A DNA stretch of 64,000 nt from an uncultured Gammaproteobacteria bacterium (GTDB lineage Bacteria > Patescibacteriota > Patescibacteriia > Magasanikbacterales > UBA922), in the NCBI GenBank assembly GCA_964571295.1, contig CAZNAO010000001.1:3749-67748 (forward strand). The letters are read 5' to 3'. The notes beneath the pieces were generated by a model, which saw only the letters and a list, made by a program, of their open reading frames with translations, did not search any database and was not told the DNA's origin. A program made the position numbers and the translations under genes. Shown piece after piece: positions 1-7,993 of this stretch (positions within the stretch are counted from its first letter, which is position 1; each line of letters opens with the position of its first letter).

Positions 1-198
1 ACCAAATCAGTCACTCCACACACCCTTCGACACTCTTATGCCACTGATTTGCTCCAAAACGGGGCCGACATACGCAGCGTACAGTCCATGCTCGGACATG
101 CTTCAATTACGACGACCCAGATCTATACGCATATTACTGACCGGGAATTGCTTAATATACATAAAAAATTTCATGATAAAAAACGAAAGAATGATTGA
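1..198 (+). CDS. tyrosine recombinase (XerC/XerD/phage-integrase family), C-terminal fragment; 5' end lies outside the window
   Basis: Frame-1 translation from nt 1 reads ...[46 protein letters not shown]..., the conserved C-terminal catalytic region (HxxR...LGH...Y) of tyrosine recombinases. Stop TGA at 196-198. It is absent from the ORF track because it has no in-window start. Confidence 0.7.
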   Translation, partial: TKSVTPHTLRHSYATDLLQNGADIRSVQSMLGHASITTTQIYTHITDRELLNIHKKFHDKKRKND

Positions 199-283
199 CA
201 AAAAGAATCAAAAGTCGTACAGTGGAAAGCCGAAAGTCCGATTTTGACTTTATGTTACCACTTTCCCGACTTTTGACTCACAT

Positions 284-355
284 GAGCCCATAGTTCAATG
301 GATAGAACACTAGCCTTCTAAGCTGGATATGCAGGTTCGATTCCTGCTGGGCTCA
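284..355 (+). tRNA. tRNA-Arg (anticodon TCT)
   Basis: Cloverleaf folded by hand: acceptor GAGCCCA/TGGGCTC, D-stem GTTC/GAAC, anticodon stem CTAGC/GCTGG with loop CTTCTAA, T-arm GCAGG-TTCGATT-CCTGC, discriminator A. No CCA is encoded. Confidence 0.85.
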
Positions 356-362
356 CGCTAAA

Positions 363-391
363 CCCTGCACCGCTCTGGCGCAGGGTTTTTT
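363..391 (+). terminator. rho-independent terminator after tRNA-Arg
   Basis: CCCTGC...GCAGGG stem followed by TTTTTT. Confidence 0.55.
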
Positions 392-436
392 GACAAAAGA
401 AACTATATCCTGTAATTTCCCCAGTAAGGAGGTTTT

Positions 437-742
437 ATGAAAAAAAAGAAGAAGCCCACTCTCTACTGGTGTGCTCAGTGCGAACACCGGGAAACACCTA
501 CGGTCGGTGAGAAATGGTTTTTTCTCACCATAAAGAAAGAGTTGTGCTGCCCACGATGTCATGCAGATTCTTTCTACATCTTCGAAGACGAACCGTACGC
601 ATGCGTAATATGCGGCACCCCTTCTCCCTCGCGGGATGTCGCTCGATCCAGGAATGGTTCACCTTGCACGTATCGAAAATCCGGCAAGTGCCCCGGAGTA
701 TTTCGTCCCAAAAAACCTCGCACACCCTCATCTCTCCGATAA
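437..742 (+). CDS. hypothetical small Cys-rich (zinc-ribbon-like) protein
   Basis: ATG preceded by a strong SD (AAGGAGG, 426-432). The protein has CxxC...CCPRC...CVIC motifs and a Lys-rich N-terminus. No recognisable family. Confidence 0.5.
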   Translation: MKKKKKPTLYWCAQCEHRETPTVGEKWFFLTIKKELCCPRCHADSFYIFEDEPYACVICGTPSPSRDVARSRNGSPCTYRKSGKCPGVFRPKKPRTPSSLR

Positions 743-906
743 TCGCACGTCGTGGGAGCAATGAAGCAAGCCACCTCGACGTCATAAGTTTTGTATCCGA
801 CATACAAAGCTTATGACGGGTGACTTGCTTTTTGTTTACTCTTGCAATAATTCCCCTTTTACGCAATACTACTGATAACACACACTTATTCATTAATCAT
901 TATTAT

Positions 907-1635
907 ATGTGGGTGCTCGCGATCGTTATTGCTTTTATCCTACTGATCAGTATTCGCCAGGTGAATCAGTATGAGCGTGGAGTAAAGTTTCAACTTGGTA
1001 AGTTTACCAAATTGATTGAACCCGGCTGGAGATTGGTCGTACCAATTTTCCAAAGCATGCAAAAAGTAGATATCCGCACCAAGGCAGTAGATGTGCCATT
1101 TCAGGAAGCAATTACTAAAGATAATGTATCCGCAAAAATCAATGCCGTTATTTATTACCGGGTGATCGATGCTGGAAAAGCAGTGCTGGAAGTAGAAAAT
1201 TTCTGGTTTGCCGTATCGCAACTCGCCCAGACTACTATGCGTAATGTGATTGGACAGCTCGAGCTTGACGAGCTCCTTGCACGCCGGGAAGAGGCTGCAA
1301 AGAAAATCCGGGAAATCATCGATGTTGCGACTGATGTCTGGGGAATCAAGGTTGAAACCGTAGAATTGAAAGATATCACCCTCCCTGACGATATGCAGCG
1401 CGTTATTGCAAAACAAGCAGAAGCTGAGCGTGAGAAGCGGTCGGTTATCATCAAAGCGGAAGGCGAAATCGCGGCTGCAGAGAATATTGCACAGGCCGCA
1501 CGCATGCTTTCCGATGCTCCAGGAGCACTCCACCTCCGCACCCTGTCTACTATCAATGATGTAAGCTCTGACCAATCCAATACGATTATCTTCGCCGTAC
1601 CGCTTGAAGTACTCAGGTCATTTGAGAAAAAATAA
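907..1635 (+). CDS. SPFH/band-7 (stomatin/QmcA-like) membrane protein
   Basis: The track ORF 820..1635 starts with GTG; the in-frame ATG at 907 gives an N-terminal TM segment (MWVLAIVIAFILLI). The product then follows the stomatin pattern (...KAVDVPFQEAITKDNV...VIGQLELDELLARREE...WGIKVETVELKDITLP...AEAEREKRSVIIKAEGE...). Confidence 0.85.
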   Translation: MWVLAIVIAFILLISIRQVNQYERGVKFQLGKFTKLIEPGWRLVVPIFQSMQKVDIRTKAVDVPFQEAITKDNVSAKINAVIYYRVIDAGKAVLEVENFWFAVSQLAQTTMRNVIGQLELDELLARREEAAKKIREIIDVATDVWGIKVETVELKDITLPDDMQRVIAKQAEAEREKRSVIIKAEGEIAAAENIAQAARMLSDAPGALHLRTLSTINDVSSDQSNTIIFAVPLEVLRSFEKK

Positions 1636-1653
1636 TAGCCCGCAATCTCACAA

Positions 1654-1727
1654 CGACACACGACTCACGTAACACGACCAGTACCGCTATCCTTGTGTCG
1701 TGCCATGCGCTCTCGTGTGTCGTTTTT
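1654..1727 (+). terminator. long hairpin plus T-run downstream of the stomatin gene
   Basis: CGACACACGA (1654-1663) pairs with TCGTGTGTCG (1713-1722), followed by TTTTT. Confidence 0.4.
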
Positions 1728-1736
1728 GATTTATGA

Positions 1737-1765
1737 TTGACAAAAAGCCTAAAAATGTATATACT
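1737..1765 (+). promoter_or_regulatory. sigma70-like promoter for tRNA-His
   Basis: TTGACA (1737-1742), a 17-nt spacer, then TATACT (1760-1765), about 40 nt upstream of the tRNA. Confidence 0.5.
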
Positions 1766-1803
1766 CGACTTTACAAATTAAGGTTCTCAGAGGTAAATCG
1801 AGG

Positions 1804-1875
1804 GGTGGCTATGGTGTAGTGGTAGCACAGGAGATTGTGGCTCTCCTAGTACGGGTTCAATTCCCGTTAGTCACC
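1804..1875 (+). tRNA. tRNA-His (anticodon GTG) with the extra 5' G(-1)
   Basis: Acceptor GTGGCTA/TAGTCAC, D-stem GTGT/GCAC, anticodon stem GGAGA/TCTCC with loop TTGTGGC, T-arm ACGGG-TTCAATT-CCCGT, discriminator C. G1804 would pair with C73 as the His-specific G-1. Confidence 0.85.
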
Positions 1876-1895
1876 CCTTGGTGTATCTCTTCTAT

Positions 1896-1920
1896 AAAAA
1901 AGCCTGAATAGGGCTTTTTT
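1896..1920 (+). terminator. rho-independent terminator after tRNA-His
   Basis: AGCC-tgaatag-GGCT hairpin flanked by an A-run and TTTTTT. Confidence 0.55.
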
Positions 1921-1989
1921 GCTTATAACCGCTTTCATTTTCACCCTTCCCGTGCTACCATACTTGGTATACCCACTATCTGATATCTT

Positions 1990-2406
1990 ATGAAATTTTC
2001 TACCCGCATTTTTCTTTTAATGCTCATTCTACTTGTTAGCGGATTTGGCTGCACCTCTCGCACCCCTGACACCCCCACTGAACCTACTGCAATGTTCTAC
2101 CCTGATTCATTCGACCCTACAATCCTGATCGGACGTTGGCATACTGAACTTGGAGACGGAGGAGGAATTGGTGGATACCGTGATTATACCTTCTACTCTG
2201 ACGGGACTTTTGCAGTCGAAGGTTACCCTGCATGGAATGAATATGGTACCTATGAAGTAACTGGATATGACAACAATCTAGTCACCGTCAGCTTCATAGG
2301 AACAACAGGTGAACAAGCGAGTGCGTACCAGGCGGTTCTCCAATTCGAACCAAATGGTACAGAATTTAATTCACCCACTCTTGGGAACTACACTCGCGCC
2401 GAGTAA
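1990..2406 (+). CDS. hypothetical secreted lipoprotein
   Basis: Signal peptide MKFSTRIFLLMLILLVSGFGC with lipobox-like SGFGC; the same lipobox recurs in the SBP at 9211. No family recognised. Confidence 0.55.
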   Translation: MKFSTRIFLLMLILLVSGFGCTSRTPDTPTEPTAMFYPDSFDPTILIGRWHTELGDGGGIGGYRDYTFYSDGTFAVEGYPAWNEYGTYEVTGYDNNLVTVSFIGTTGEQASAYQAVLQFEPNGTEFNSPTLGNYTRAE

Positions 2407-2439
2407 TTAGACCTTCTTCGACCATTGTTCGAGCGTCCT

Positions 2440-3561
2440 ATGTCTCACCTCAATCGACTACTTATTCTTTCTCTTTCTACTGGAGGTGGGCATATACAAG
2501 CTGCACGCGCACTTGAAAAGACTGTAGCGCGCGATTTTCCCCACATTGTCTGTCGGCACATTGATGTAGCTGATTTTATTACCCCTCTATTCAAAACTAC
2601 TACGATCGGAGGATACAGCTTCCTCATTTCACATTTACCACGTGTCTGGAAATCTCTATTTAAGCTTACCGACAATACACGTATCATGTCGGCATATCGC
2701 ACGCTCACCAACTATCTCAAAAAATTAAATTCATTCGATTTTTTACACGAAGTCGAAGCTTTTCGTCCGGATCACATTATTTGCACCCATTTCCTACCTG
2801 CGGAAATACTTGCCCATGCTCAAAAAAAGCAAATGAATAAAATTCCCCTTACTGAAATCATCACTGACTATGGAGTACATCCTGCATGGGTGATCGATGG
2901 CATTGACACCTATATCGTTGCGACACCTTCCATGAAACAATACTTAACAGACTCCTTTGCCATTCCTTCTTCAGCCATTCAAACTTTTGGTATACCCATC
3001 GACCCTGCATTTCAAAATTCGGAAGATCCCGTACATCTCAAATCTTCATATGGATTTTCTCCTACCAACCCACTTATTCTAGTTTTGGCAGGCGGGAGCG
3101 GATTAATCGATATAGTAGCCGTACTTGAACGGCTTTTCTCACATATCGCTTCTCCTGTAACGATCATTGCGGTTGCGGGAAACAATGAAGTTCTCCATAG
3201 ACGTATCACCAAGCTTACTCCTCCTTCATATATTACTTATCGTACCTACGGTTGGACTGACCGTATTCCTGAATTTATGCGTATGGCCTCGGTAGTCGTA
3301 AGTAAACCTGGGGGACTTACCACCACGGAATGTATGTCCCTTGGAGTACCCTTGATCGCAATTAACCCGATCCCTGGACAGGAGGAATTTAATGTTGGCT
3401 TCCTTTCAGAGGCCGGAAGAGGTGCATATGCACCAACCATTGAGGATATCTGTCCACTTCTCGATCGATATCTCTCAACAGACTATGTACCAAAAGACCG
3501 TGTTTCTTCACGGTCTGCTCACCAGATTATAGAATTTCTCGCTTCTCAGCCATTATCATAG
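2440..3561 (+). CDS. GT28-family glycosyltransferase (MGDG-synthase/UgtP-like diacylglycerol glycosyltransferase)
   Basis: Track ORF 2425 starts with TTG; the in-frame ATG is at 2440. N-terminal LILSLSTGGGHIQAARAL and C-terminal KPGGLTTTECMSLGVPLI...PGQEEFN are hallmarks of MurG/MGDG-synthase GT28 enzymes. Confidence 0.8.
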   Translation: MSHLNRLLILSLSTGGGHIQAARALEKTVARDFPHIVCRHIDVADFITPLFKTTTIGGYSFLISHLPRVWKSLFKLTDNTRIMSAYRTLTNYLKKLNSFDFLHEVEAFRPDHIICTHFLPAEILAHAQKKQMNKIPLTEIITDYGVHPAWVIDGIDTYIVATPSMKQYLTDSFAIPSSAIQTFGIPIDPAFQNSEDPVHLKSSYGFSPTNPLILVLAGGSGLIDIVAVLERLFSHIASPVTIIAVAGNNEVLHRRITKLTPPSYITYRTYGWTDRIPEFMRMASVVVSKPGGLTTTECMSLGVPLIAINPIPGQEEFNVGFLSEAGRGAYAPTIEDICPLLDRYLSTDYVPKDRVSSRSAHQIIEFLASQPLS

Positions 3562-4013
3562 AGATTGGGATCGTTGGGCGGAATATATGTGTCCGGATCT
3601 TGCCCTGGGGTCATCGGATTTTGTAGGCTGCTGTAGAGCCCGCTGTACACCGCATACACGATACTATATGCTCCCAAAATGATGACCAGTCCGATCACGC
3701 TATAGAGTAATATCTTTTTACCCCCTCCCATCTTTTCTTCATTACCGTTTGAGGTCATAATCATGAATCCCCCTGCTATCGCAAAGACTACGGCGATCGT
3801 ACCAATCACGCCCAGGGAAATTTTTATCAAGCTTGCCGCAATAACTCGAGGATCTCTTGATTCTCCTAAATTCGCACCTTTTTGTCCGGCAAATCCCTGG
3901 AGTTGCTGATTGATGTCTGCTTGAAGTCCCTGCGCATACGCATAGGAACTAATACCCAGTCCTAAAGCAATCACCACTGCACCTATCCATATTTTTTTTG
4001 TACGCCACGTCAT
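3546..4013 (-). CDS. TrbC/VirB2-type (T4SS-pilin-like) small membrane protein, paralog 1 of 11
   Basis: Track ORF starts with TTG at 4043; the ATG at 4013 sits 13 nt after the upstream gene's stop. It has a signal peptide, then ISLGVIGTIAVVFAIAGGFMIMTSNGNEEKMGGGKKILLYSVIGLVIILGAYSIV (two TM helices around a short charged loop), and a Pro/Asp-rich tail. Confidence 0.7.
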   Translation of the reverse strand: MTWRTKKIWIGAVVIALGLGISSYAYAQGLQADINQQLQGFAGQKGANLGESRDPRVIAASLIKISLGVIGTIAVVFAIAGGFMIMTSNGNEEKMGGGKKILLYSVIGLVIILGAYSIVYAVYSGLYSSLQNPMTPGQDPDTYIPPNDPNLYDNG

Positions 4014-4026
4014 ATTCTTACTCTCA

Positions 4027-4431
4027 TTACTTAAATCCTCCAACCTCAGAAGCGATTCTGGTTAACACAAAATTCGTAATGCTATACGCGCATAAAATGA
4101 TGATAAGACCGATTATCGCGTACTGAATGATTTTCTTAGCACCCCCCACCTTCTCATCATTCCCTGCCGCAGTAAACATGATAAAACCTGCATAAAAGAC
4201 TAGTAGTAAAAATATCGTTCCAAGAAGGGAAAGCACTATCTTTACCCCTTCGGCCACGGCAATTCTAGGATCCTTGGCTTCAGCGCCATATCCTGCCGCA
4301 CCAGACCCTGCATTCAATTGTCCCAATACATCCGGGCCCGTACCGATTACTTCTCGTACCGGTAGTGCACTGCCCAGACACACCAACCCGATCATCATCC
4401 CCACCACTGCACTGTTCCATTTTTTTTTCAT
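4027..4431 (-). CDS. TrbC/VirB2-type pilin-like membrane protein, paralog 2
   Basis: Signal peptide, then KIVLSLLGTIFLLLVFYAGFIMFTAAGNDEKVGGAKKIIQYAIIGLIIILCAYSITNFV. ATG confirmed at 4431. Confidence 0.75.
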   Translation of the reverse strand: MKKKWNSAVVGMMIGLVCLGSALPVREVIGTGPDVLGQLNAGSGAAGYGAEAKDPRIAVAEGVKIVLSLLGTIFLLLVFYAGFIMFTAAGNDEKVGGAKKIIQYAIIGLIIILCAYSITNFVLTRIASEVGGFK

Positions 4432-4440
4432 ATGATCGGA

Positions 4441-4839
4441 TTATGGTGAGGTACTTGTAGCAGTAAGCGCACCCTCCATCACTCGTGTTACCACAAAATT
4501 GGTAATACTATATGCCATGAGCAATATGATAAGACCAATAATTGACGTACTGATAATACTTTTTGCCTTCGTTACCGCCTCATCGTTCCCCGCCGCAGTC
4601 ATCCAGAGATATCCTGCGTAAATAATAAGTACCGTAAAAATAACCCCCAGAAGTGACAACAGAATCCTTATTGCTCGCCCCACATTCTCAGCAAATGTCG
4701 TCTCGGTTGCCGCAGCATATCCTGCCCGTCCCGCTGCCTGATCTACTCTTTCAGTACCCAAATCAATTGCGTAGACTCCCGGAACAAATACGAACACAAG
4801 CATGAGGGAGAGAAGGAACGTTTTGAGACGGAAATACAT
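4441..4839 (-). CDS. TrbC/VirB2-type pilin-like membrane protein, paralog 3
   Basis: Signal peptide, then IRILLSLLGVIFTVLIIYAGYLWMTAAGNDEAVTKAKSIISTSIIGLIILLMAYSITNFV. Confidence 0.75.
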   Translation of the reverse strand: MYFRLKTFLLSLMLVFVFVPGVYAIDLGTERVDQAAGRAGYAAATETTFAENVGRAIRILLSLLGVIFTVLIIYAGYLWMTAAGNDEAVTKAKSIISTSIIGLIILLMAYSITNFVVTRVMEGALTATSTSP

Positions 4840-4850
4840 AGTATTGAATT

Positions 4851-5237
4851 TTAATTCCCAAACTGTCGAGTTACGAATATTGTAATTGCGTATGCAGAAA
4901 CCACAATAAACAATCCCATGATTGAGGATTTAAAAATTTCTTTCGCTTTTGAAACCATTTCATCATTTCCTCGAGCAGTCATCCAGAGATATCCTGCGTA
5001 GACGGTAAGAATAAGAAATACCAACCCAATCATGCTTAATGCTACTTTGATTATATTTCCCACAATCACGCTGATATCACTTTCGACATTTCCACCGATC
5101 CCTTGTTGCACATTTTTGAGATTATCGTCCGCACTCCCCAATCCTTGTCCCCAGACATGAAAAGGGATCATACCCCACGTAAGCATTACCACGAAGAGAA
5201 GATGGTAGACTTTTTTACCTGTTTTCGATACTTGCAT
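4851..5237 (-). CDS. TrbC/VirB2-type pilin-like membrane protein, paralog 4
   Basis: Upstream Met codons of the track ORF overlap the neighbouring gene, so the start is taken at the ATG at 5237 (MQVSKTGKK...). Core: VALSMIGLVFLILTVYAGYLWMTARGNDEMVSKAKEIFKSSIMGLFIVVSAYAITIFV. Confidence 0.7.
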   Translation of the reverse strand: MQVSKTGKKVYHLLFVVMLTWGMIPFHVWGQGLGSADDNLKNVQQGIGGNVESDISVIVGNIIKVALSMIGLVFLILTVYAGYLWMTARGNDEMVSKAKEIFKSSIMGLFIVVSAYAITIFVTRQFGN

Positions 5238-5259
5238 ACGATAATCTGAAATTATGTTT

Positions 5260-5652
5260 TTATAGTCCGACAGCTCCGGTAACAAATGTCGAAATTGCAA
5301 ATCCCGAAACCGCAATCAAGAGCCCGATAATTGCAGCAATAATGGTTTTTTTCGCCTCGGCAATCTTTTCTTCCTCACCACGTGCGAGAAACCATATCAC
5401 TCCGGCATAGAGCATGAGCAGGAAAAATATGAGACCGGTGATTCCAAAAAACCACTGTGCCACTTCTCCCACATACGTTGCTACTTCGTTTTTTGGAAGT
5501 CCAGTTGGTGCTATGGCCTGATTCAGCATTCCCGGAGCATCTCCGATTTTCTTTGCCGCATTCGCGATTGTACTATGCATGCACGCTACCAACAGTCCAG
5601 TACCTAGTCCTGTATAAATACCCCACTGTTTCTTTGTTCTTTTGGAGAACAT
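5260..5652 (-). CDS. TrbC/VirB2-type pilin-like membrane protein, paralog 5
   Basis: Start taken at ATG 5652 (MFSKRTKK...), one nt after the upstream TAG stop. Core: FFGITGLIFFLLMLYAGVIWFLARGEEEKIAEAKKTIIAAIIGLLIAVSGFAISTFV. Confidence 0.7.
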   Translation of the reverse strand: MFSKRTKKQWGIYTGLGTGLLVACMHSTIANAAKKIGDAPGMLNQAIAPTGLPKNEVATYVGEVAQWFFGITGLIFFLLMLYAGVIWFLARGEEEKIAEAKKTIIAAIIGLLIAVSGFAISTFVTGAVGL

Positions 5653-5653
5653 A

Positions 5654-6286
5654 CTAAGAAGGTTGCCATCTACACTTTGTATCTCCATTGCAACCATCTT
5701 CATCATTATTCCACATTTCACATTTATGTCCTGAACTTGTTACCGCAACACAGGTGATTCCGTTTGCACCACCTGCCATACAATAACCCACACGATCATC
5801 GTCATTGGTGGTACTACAAATCACTCCTCCCTGCCCCTGAATTTGGGTACAATATTCTTGATCGACTACACAACGACCTTGCGCAGTCGGAGTTGGCGTT
5901 GGTGTCGTATTTCCTCCACCACCACCTGCATTTCCCCCCAGCTGGAATACGAAATTGGTCAAGGCATACGCTCCCATGACGATAATAATACCGATCGTCG
6001 CCCCGATAATCGTATTGAGTGCCTTTCCCGTCTGCTCACTGTTGCCTCGCGCGGTCATCCAGAGGATTCCTCCGTATAGTACTAACACAAAAAATAATAC
6101 CGAAATCATAGAAAGCAATGTTCCTATGATGTTTCCTGCAATGGTTGGGACACTATTGCCATAACCAGTGAGACCCGCGGCACCCGCCGTCTCATCCAAC
6201 CCGAAATTCGCTGCCATGACGGTCGGTACCATCACCATTGACACTGCAATACATAAGCCGGTAATAAATGGTGCGTATTTGCGCAT
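5654..6286 (-). CDS. TrbC/VirB2-type pilin-like protein with a C-terminal Gly/Thr/Pro linker and Cys-rich domain, paralog 6
   Basis: Signal peptide, the conserved core (LLSMISVLFFVLVLYGGILWMTARGNSEQTGKALNTIIGATIGIIIVMGAYALTNFV), then GGNAGGGGGNTTPTPTPTAQG and an ~70-aa module with 9 Cys. Confidence 0.7.
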   Translation of the reverse strand: MRKYAPFITGLCIAVSMVMVPTVMAANFGLDETAGAAGLTGYGNSVPTIAGNIIGTLLSMISVLFFVLVLYGGILWMTARGNSEQTGKALNTIIGATIGIIIVMGAYALTNFVFQLGGNAGGGGGNTTPTPTPTAQGRCVVDQEYCTQIQGQGGVICSTTNDDDRVGYCMAGGANGITCVAVTSSGHKCEMWNNDEDGCNGDTKCRWQPS

Positions 6287-6316
6287 ACGATAGAAAAAAT
6301 TATTATTCTATTTACG

Positions 6317-6733
6317 TTATCCAAAACTGGGTCCACACGAACCAGTTGTAGCGCATAGTGCCCGTATGATGTAGCTTGTAATCGCGTATGATGTGAAAAT
6401 AATGATAAGCCCGATCACCGCTGAAATCAACATTTTTTTTGCACTCCCTACTTTCTCATCATTCCCCCCTGCGGTCATCCAGGTGAAACCTGCATAGAGC
6501 ACGATACATACCGCAATAAGCCCAAGAAACGTGAGGACAAAATTGATAATTCTAATAGCTAAAATTCGAGGATCCTCTTTTGTCAACCCCGTACCTTCCC
6601 CACAATCGACCCCCAATATGTCATTTGGATTACTGCATCCCTGCGCGTACACCTGACTTCCCCATAGCAGTGCGAGCCCAAAAAACGCTGCGACTACCAG
6701 TAATGCACGAGTTTTTTGTATGTTCATATGCAT
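6317..6733 (-). CDS. TrbC/VirB2-type pilin-like membrane protein, paralog 7
   Basis: The N-terminal mature region has Cys pairs (QGCSNPNDILGVDCGEG). Core: VLTFLGLIAVCIVLYAGFTWMTAGGNDEKVGSAKKMLISAVIGLIIIFTSYAITSYI. Confidence 0.75.
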   Translation of the reverse strand: MHMNIQKTRALLVVAAFFGLALLWGSQVYAQGCSNPNDILGVDCGEGTGLTKEDPRILAIRIINFVLTFLGLIAVCIVLYAGFTWMTAGGNDEKVGSAKKMLISAVIGLIIIFTSYAITSYIIRALCATTGSCGPSFG

Positions 6734-6840
6734 GGATTGAATTACTCACAGTTTTCCCGGCTTATTGTAACATACTAAGTCAGGAAAACTGTGATACCAT
6801 ATACTGTTTGGCATATGGTTCACAATATTTGTTCTGAAAC

Positions 6841-7275
6841 TTACGGTGTAGTACCTTCGATAGCTGCACCGATATTTGAGACAAAGAACTGAGCGATTGC
6901 ATATGCAGAGAGAATGATCGCAAGACCAATCACTGATGCAATAATAATCTTCTTTGCTTCGCCTACCGCTTCGTCATTGCCACCTGCGGTCATCCATTTG
7001 AAACCTCCCCAGAGGATCAAAATCACTGCGATCAAACCAAGGAACGTCAACGCGAGATTGATCAATCTAATGATGACGATTCGTGCATCGGTTTCACCAG
7101 TAGTTACATTGATATTTTGTGCAACCGGATCCAAACCATAGTCCACGCCAGGATCTATCTGTGCGCTCGTTGTTGCCGGTGAGAGAGAGAACACGCTTAC
7201 CAAAGCAGCGACGCCTAATAGGAGCGCATTTCGATGCTTCAGTAATTTTGCTACTGTGTTATTCACACTTCTCAC
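6841..7275 (-). CDS. TrbC/VirB2-type pilin-like membrane protein, paralog 8
   Basis: GTG start with an AAAGGGGG SD-like element just upstream. Core: LALTFLGLIAVILILWGGFKWMTAGGNDEAVGEAKKIIIASVIGLAIILSAYAIAQFF. Confidence 0.7.
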   Translation of the reverse strand: MRSVNNTVAKLLKHRNALLLGVAALVSVFSLSPATTSAQIDPGVDYGLDPVAQNINVTTGETDARIVIIRLINLALTFLGLIAVILILWGGFKWMTAGGNDEAVGEAKKIIIASVIGLAIILSAYAIAQFFVSNIGAAIEGTTP

Positions 7276-7339
7276 CCCCTTTCAATGTATGATATTTTTT
7301 CATACGCGTCACGTATTTTACGTGATGTGTTATTTACAC

Positions 7340-7987
7340 TTAAGGTGCAGCCTGTAAAGTCTGCAAAATCAACGTAAGTATAGCATAGCTGCTGAAAACC
7401 ACAATAATACCTATCCCAGCCCACAACATTGCCTGCATTCCTTTTGCAATTTTTTCTGAATTTCCCGCGCTCGTAAGCCACTGAAATCCTCCATAGACAA
7501 ATACCACAAACGCAATCGTACCAATTATTCCTACCACCACTTTTACCGTATTACCGAGAATTATTTTGATATCAGTCTCACCAAGCGGATTTACCAACGA
7601 CACACAGTCTTGTCCAGTCGCACAGCTGCTCGGCGTGTTGACGCTTTCATTGCTTTCCCGCTGTATCTGAATCTGTCTATACTCCTCGCACGACTGTGGC
7701 GAAGGAAATTTTTGTCCTGCAGGACATGAAGCAATGTCGGTCTCTGACTGCGAACAAAGCTTAGTAGTTGTGATATAGCAACTTCCTATAGCACCAGGGA
7801 GGACGAGATTTGGATCTTGGCACGCTCCTTCTCCAGAACCGTCATCTGCACAAACCAAACCCTCAAGACATTGTTCATCTATTTCACACGGTTCACCATT
7901 ACCGGCCTGTGCCTTAACAGGCAGCGACTGTCCTACCCCCATTATTACGATGAGTAATGCGATACTGTTTTTTAGTACACTTTTCAT
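7340..7987 (-). CDS. TrbC/VirB2-type pilin-like protein with an N-terminal Cys-rich ectodomain, paralog 9
   Basis: Signal peptide, then an ~120-aa segment with about 12 Cys (PCEIDEQCLEGLVCADD..GACQDP...), then the conserved core VVGIIGTIAFVVFVYGGFQWLTSAGNSEKIAKGMQAMLWAGIGIIVVFSSYAIL. Confidence 0.7.
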   Translation of the reverse strand: MKSVLKNSIALLIVIMGVGQSLPVKAQAGNGEPCEIDEQCLEGLVCADDGSGEGACQDPNLVLPGAIGSCYITTTKLCSQSETDIASCPAGQKFPSPQSCEEYRQIQIQRESNESVNTPSSCATGQDCVSLVNPLGETDIKIILGNTVKVVVGIIGTIAFVVFVYGGFQWLTSAGNSEKIAKGMQAMLWAGIGIIVVFSSYAILTLILQTLQAAP

Positions 7988-7993
7988 ATGATT

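Noticed and set aside
1-355. Calling a complete integrative element at the window start
   Set aside because: Only a recombinase fragment and one tRNA are visible. No att duplication or cargo is within view.
38-893. Track ORFs 38..247, 353..562, 514..816, 525..893 and 574..807
   Set aside because: They overlap the recombinase 3' end, tRNA-Arg, or the zinc-ribbon gene in other frames. They have no RBS and no recognisable domains, so they are probably spurious.
5457-6164. Plus-strand ORFs inside the pilin-like array (5457..5657, 5764..5979, 5843..6079, 5955..6164, and others elsewhere)
   Set aside because: They are antisense to well-supported paralogous genes, with low-complexity translations.
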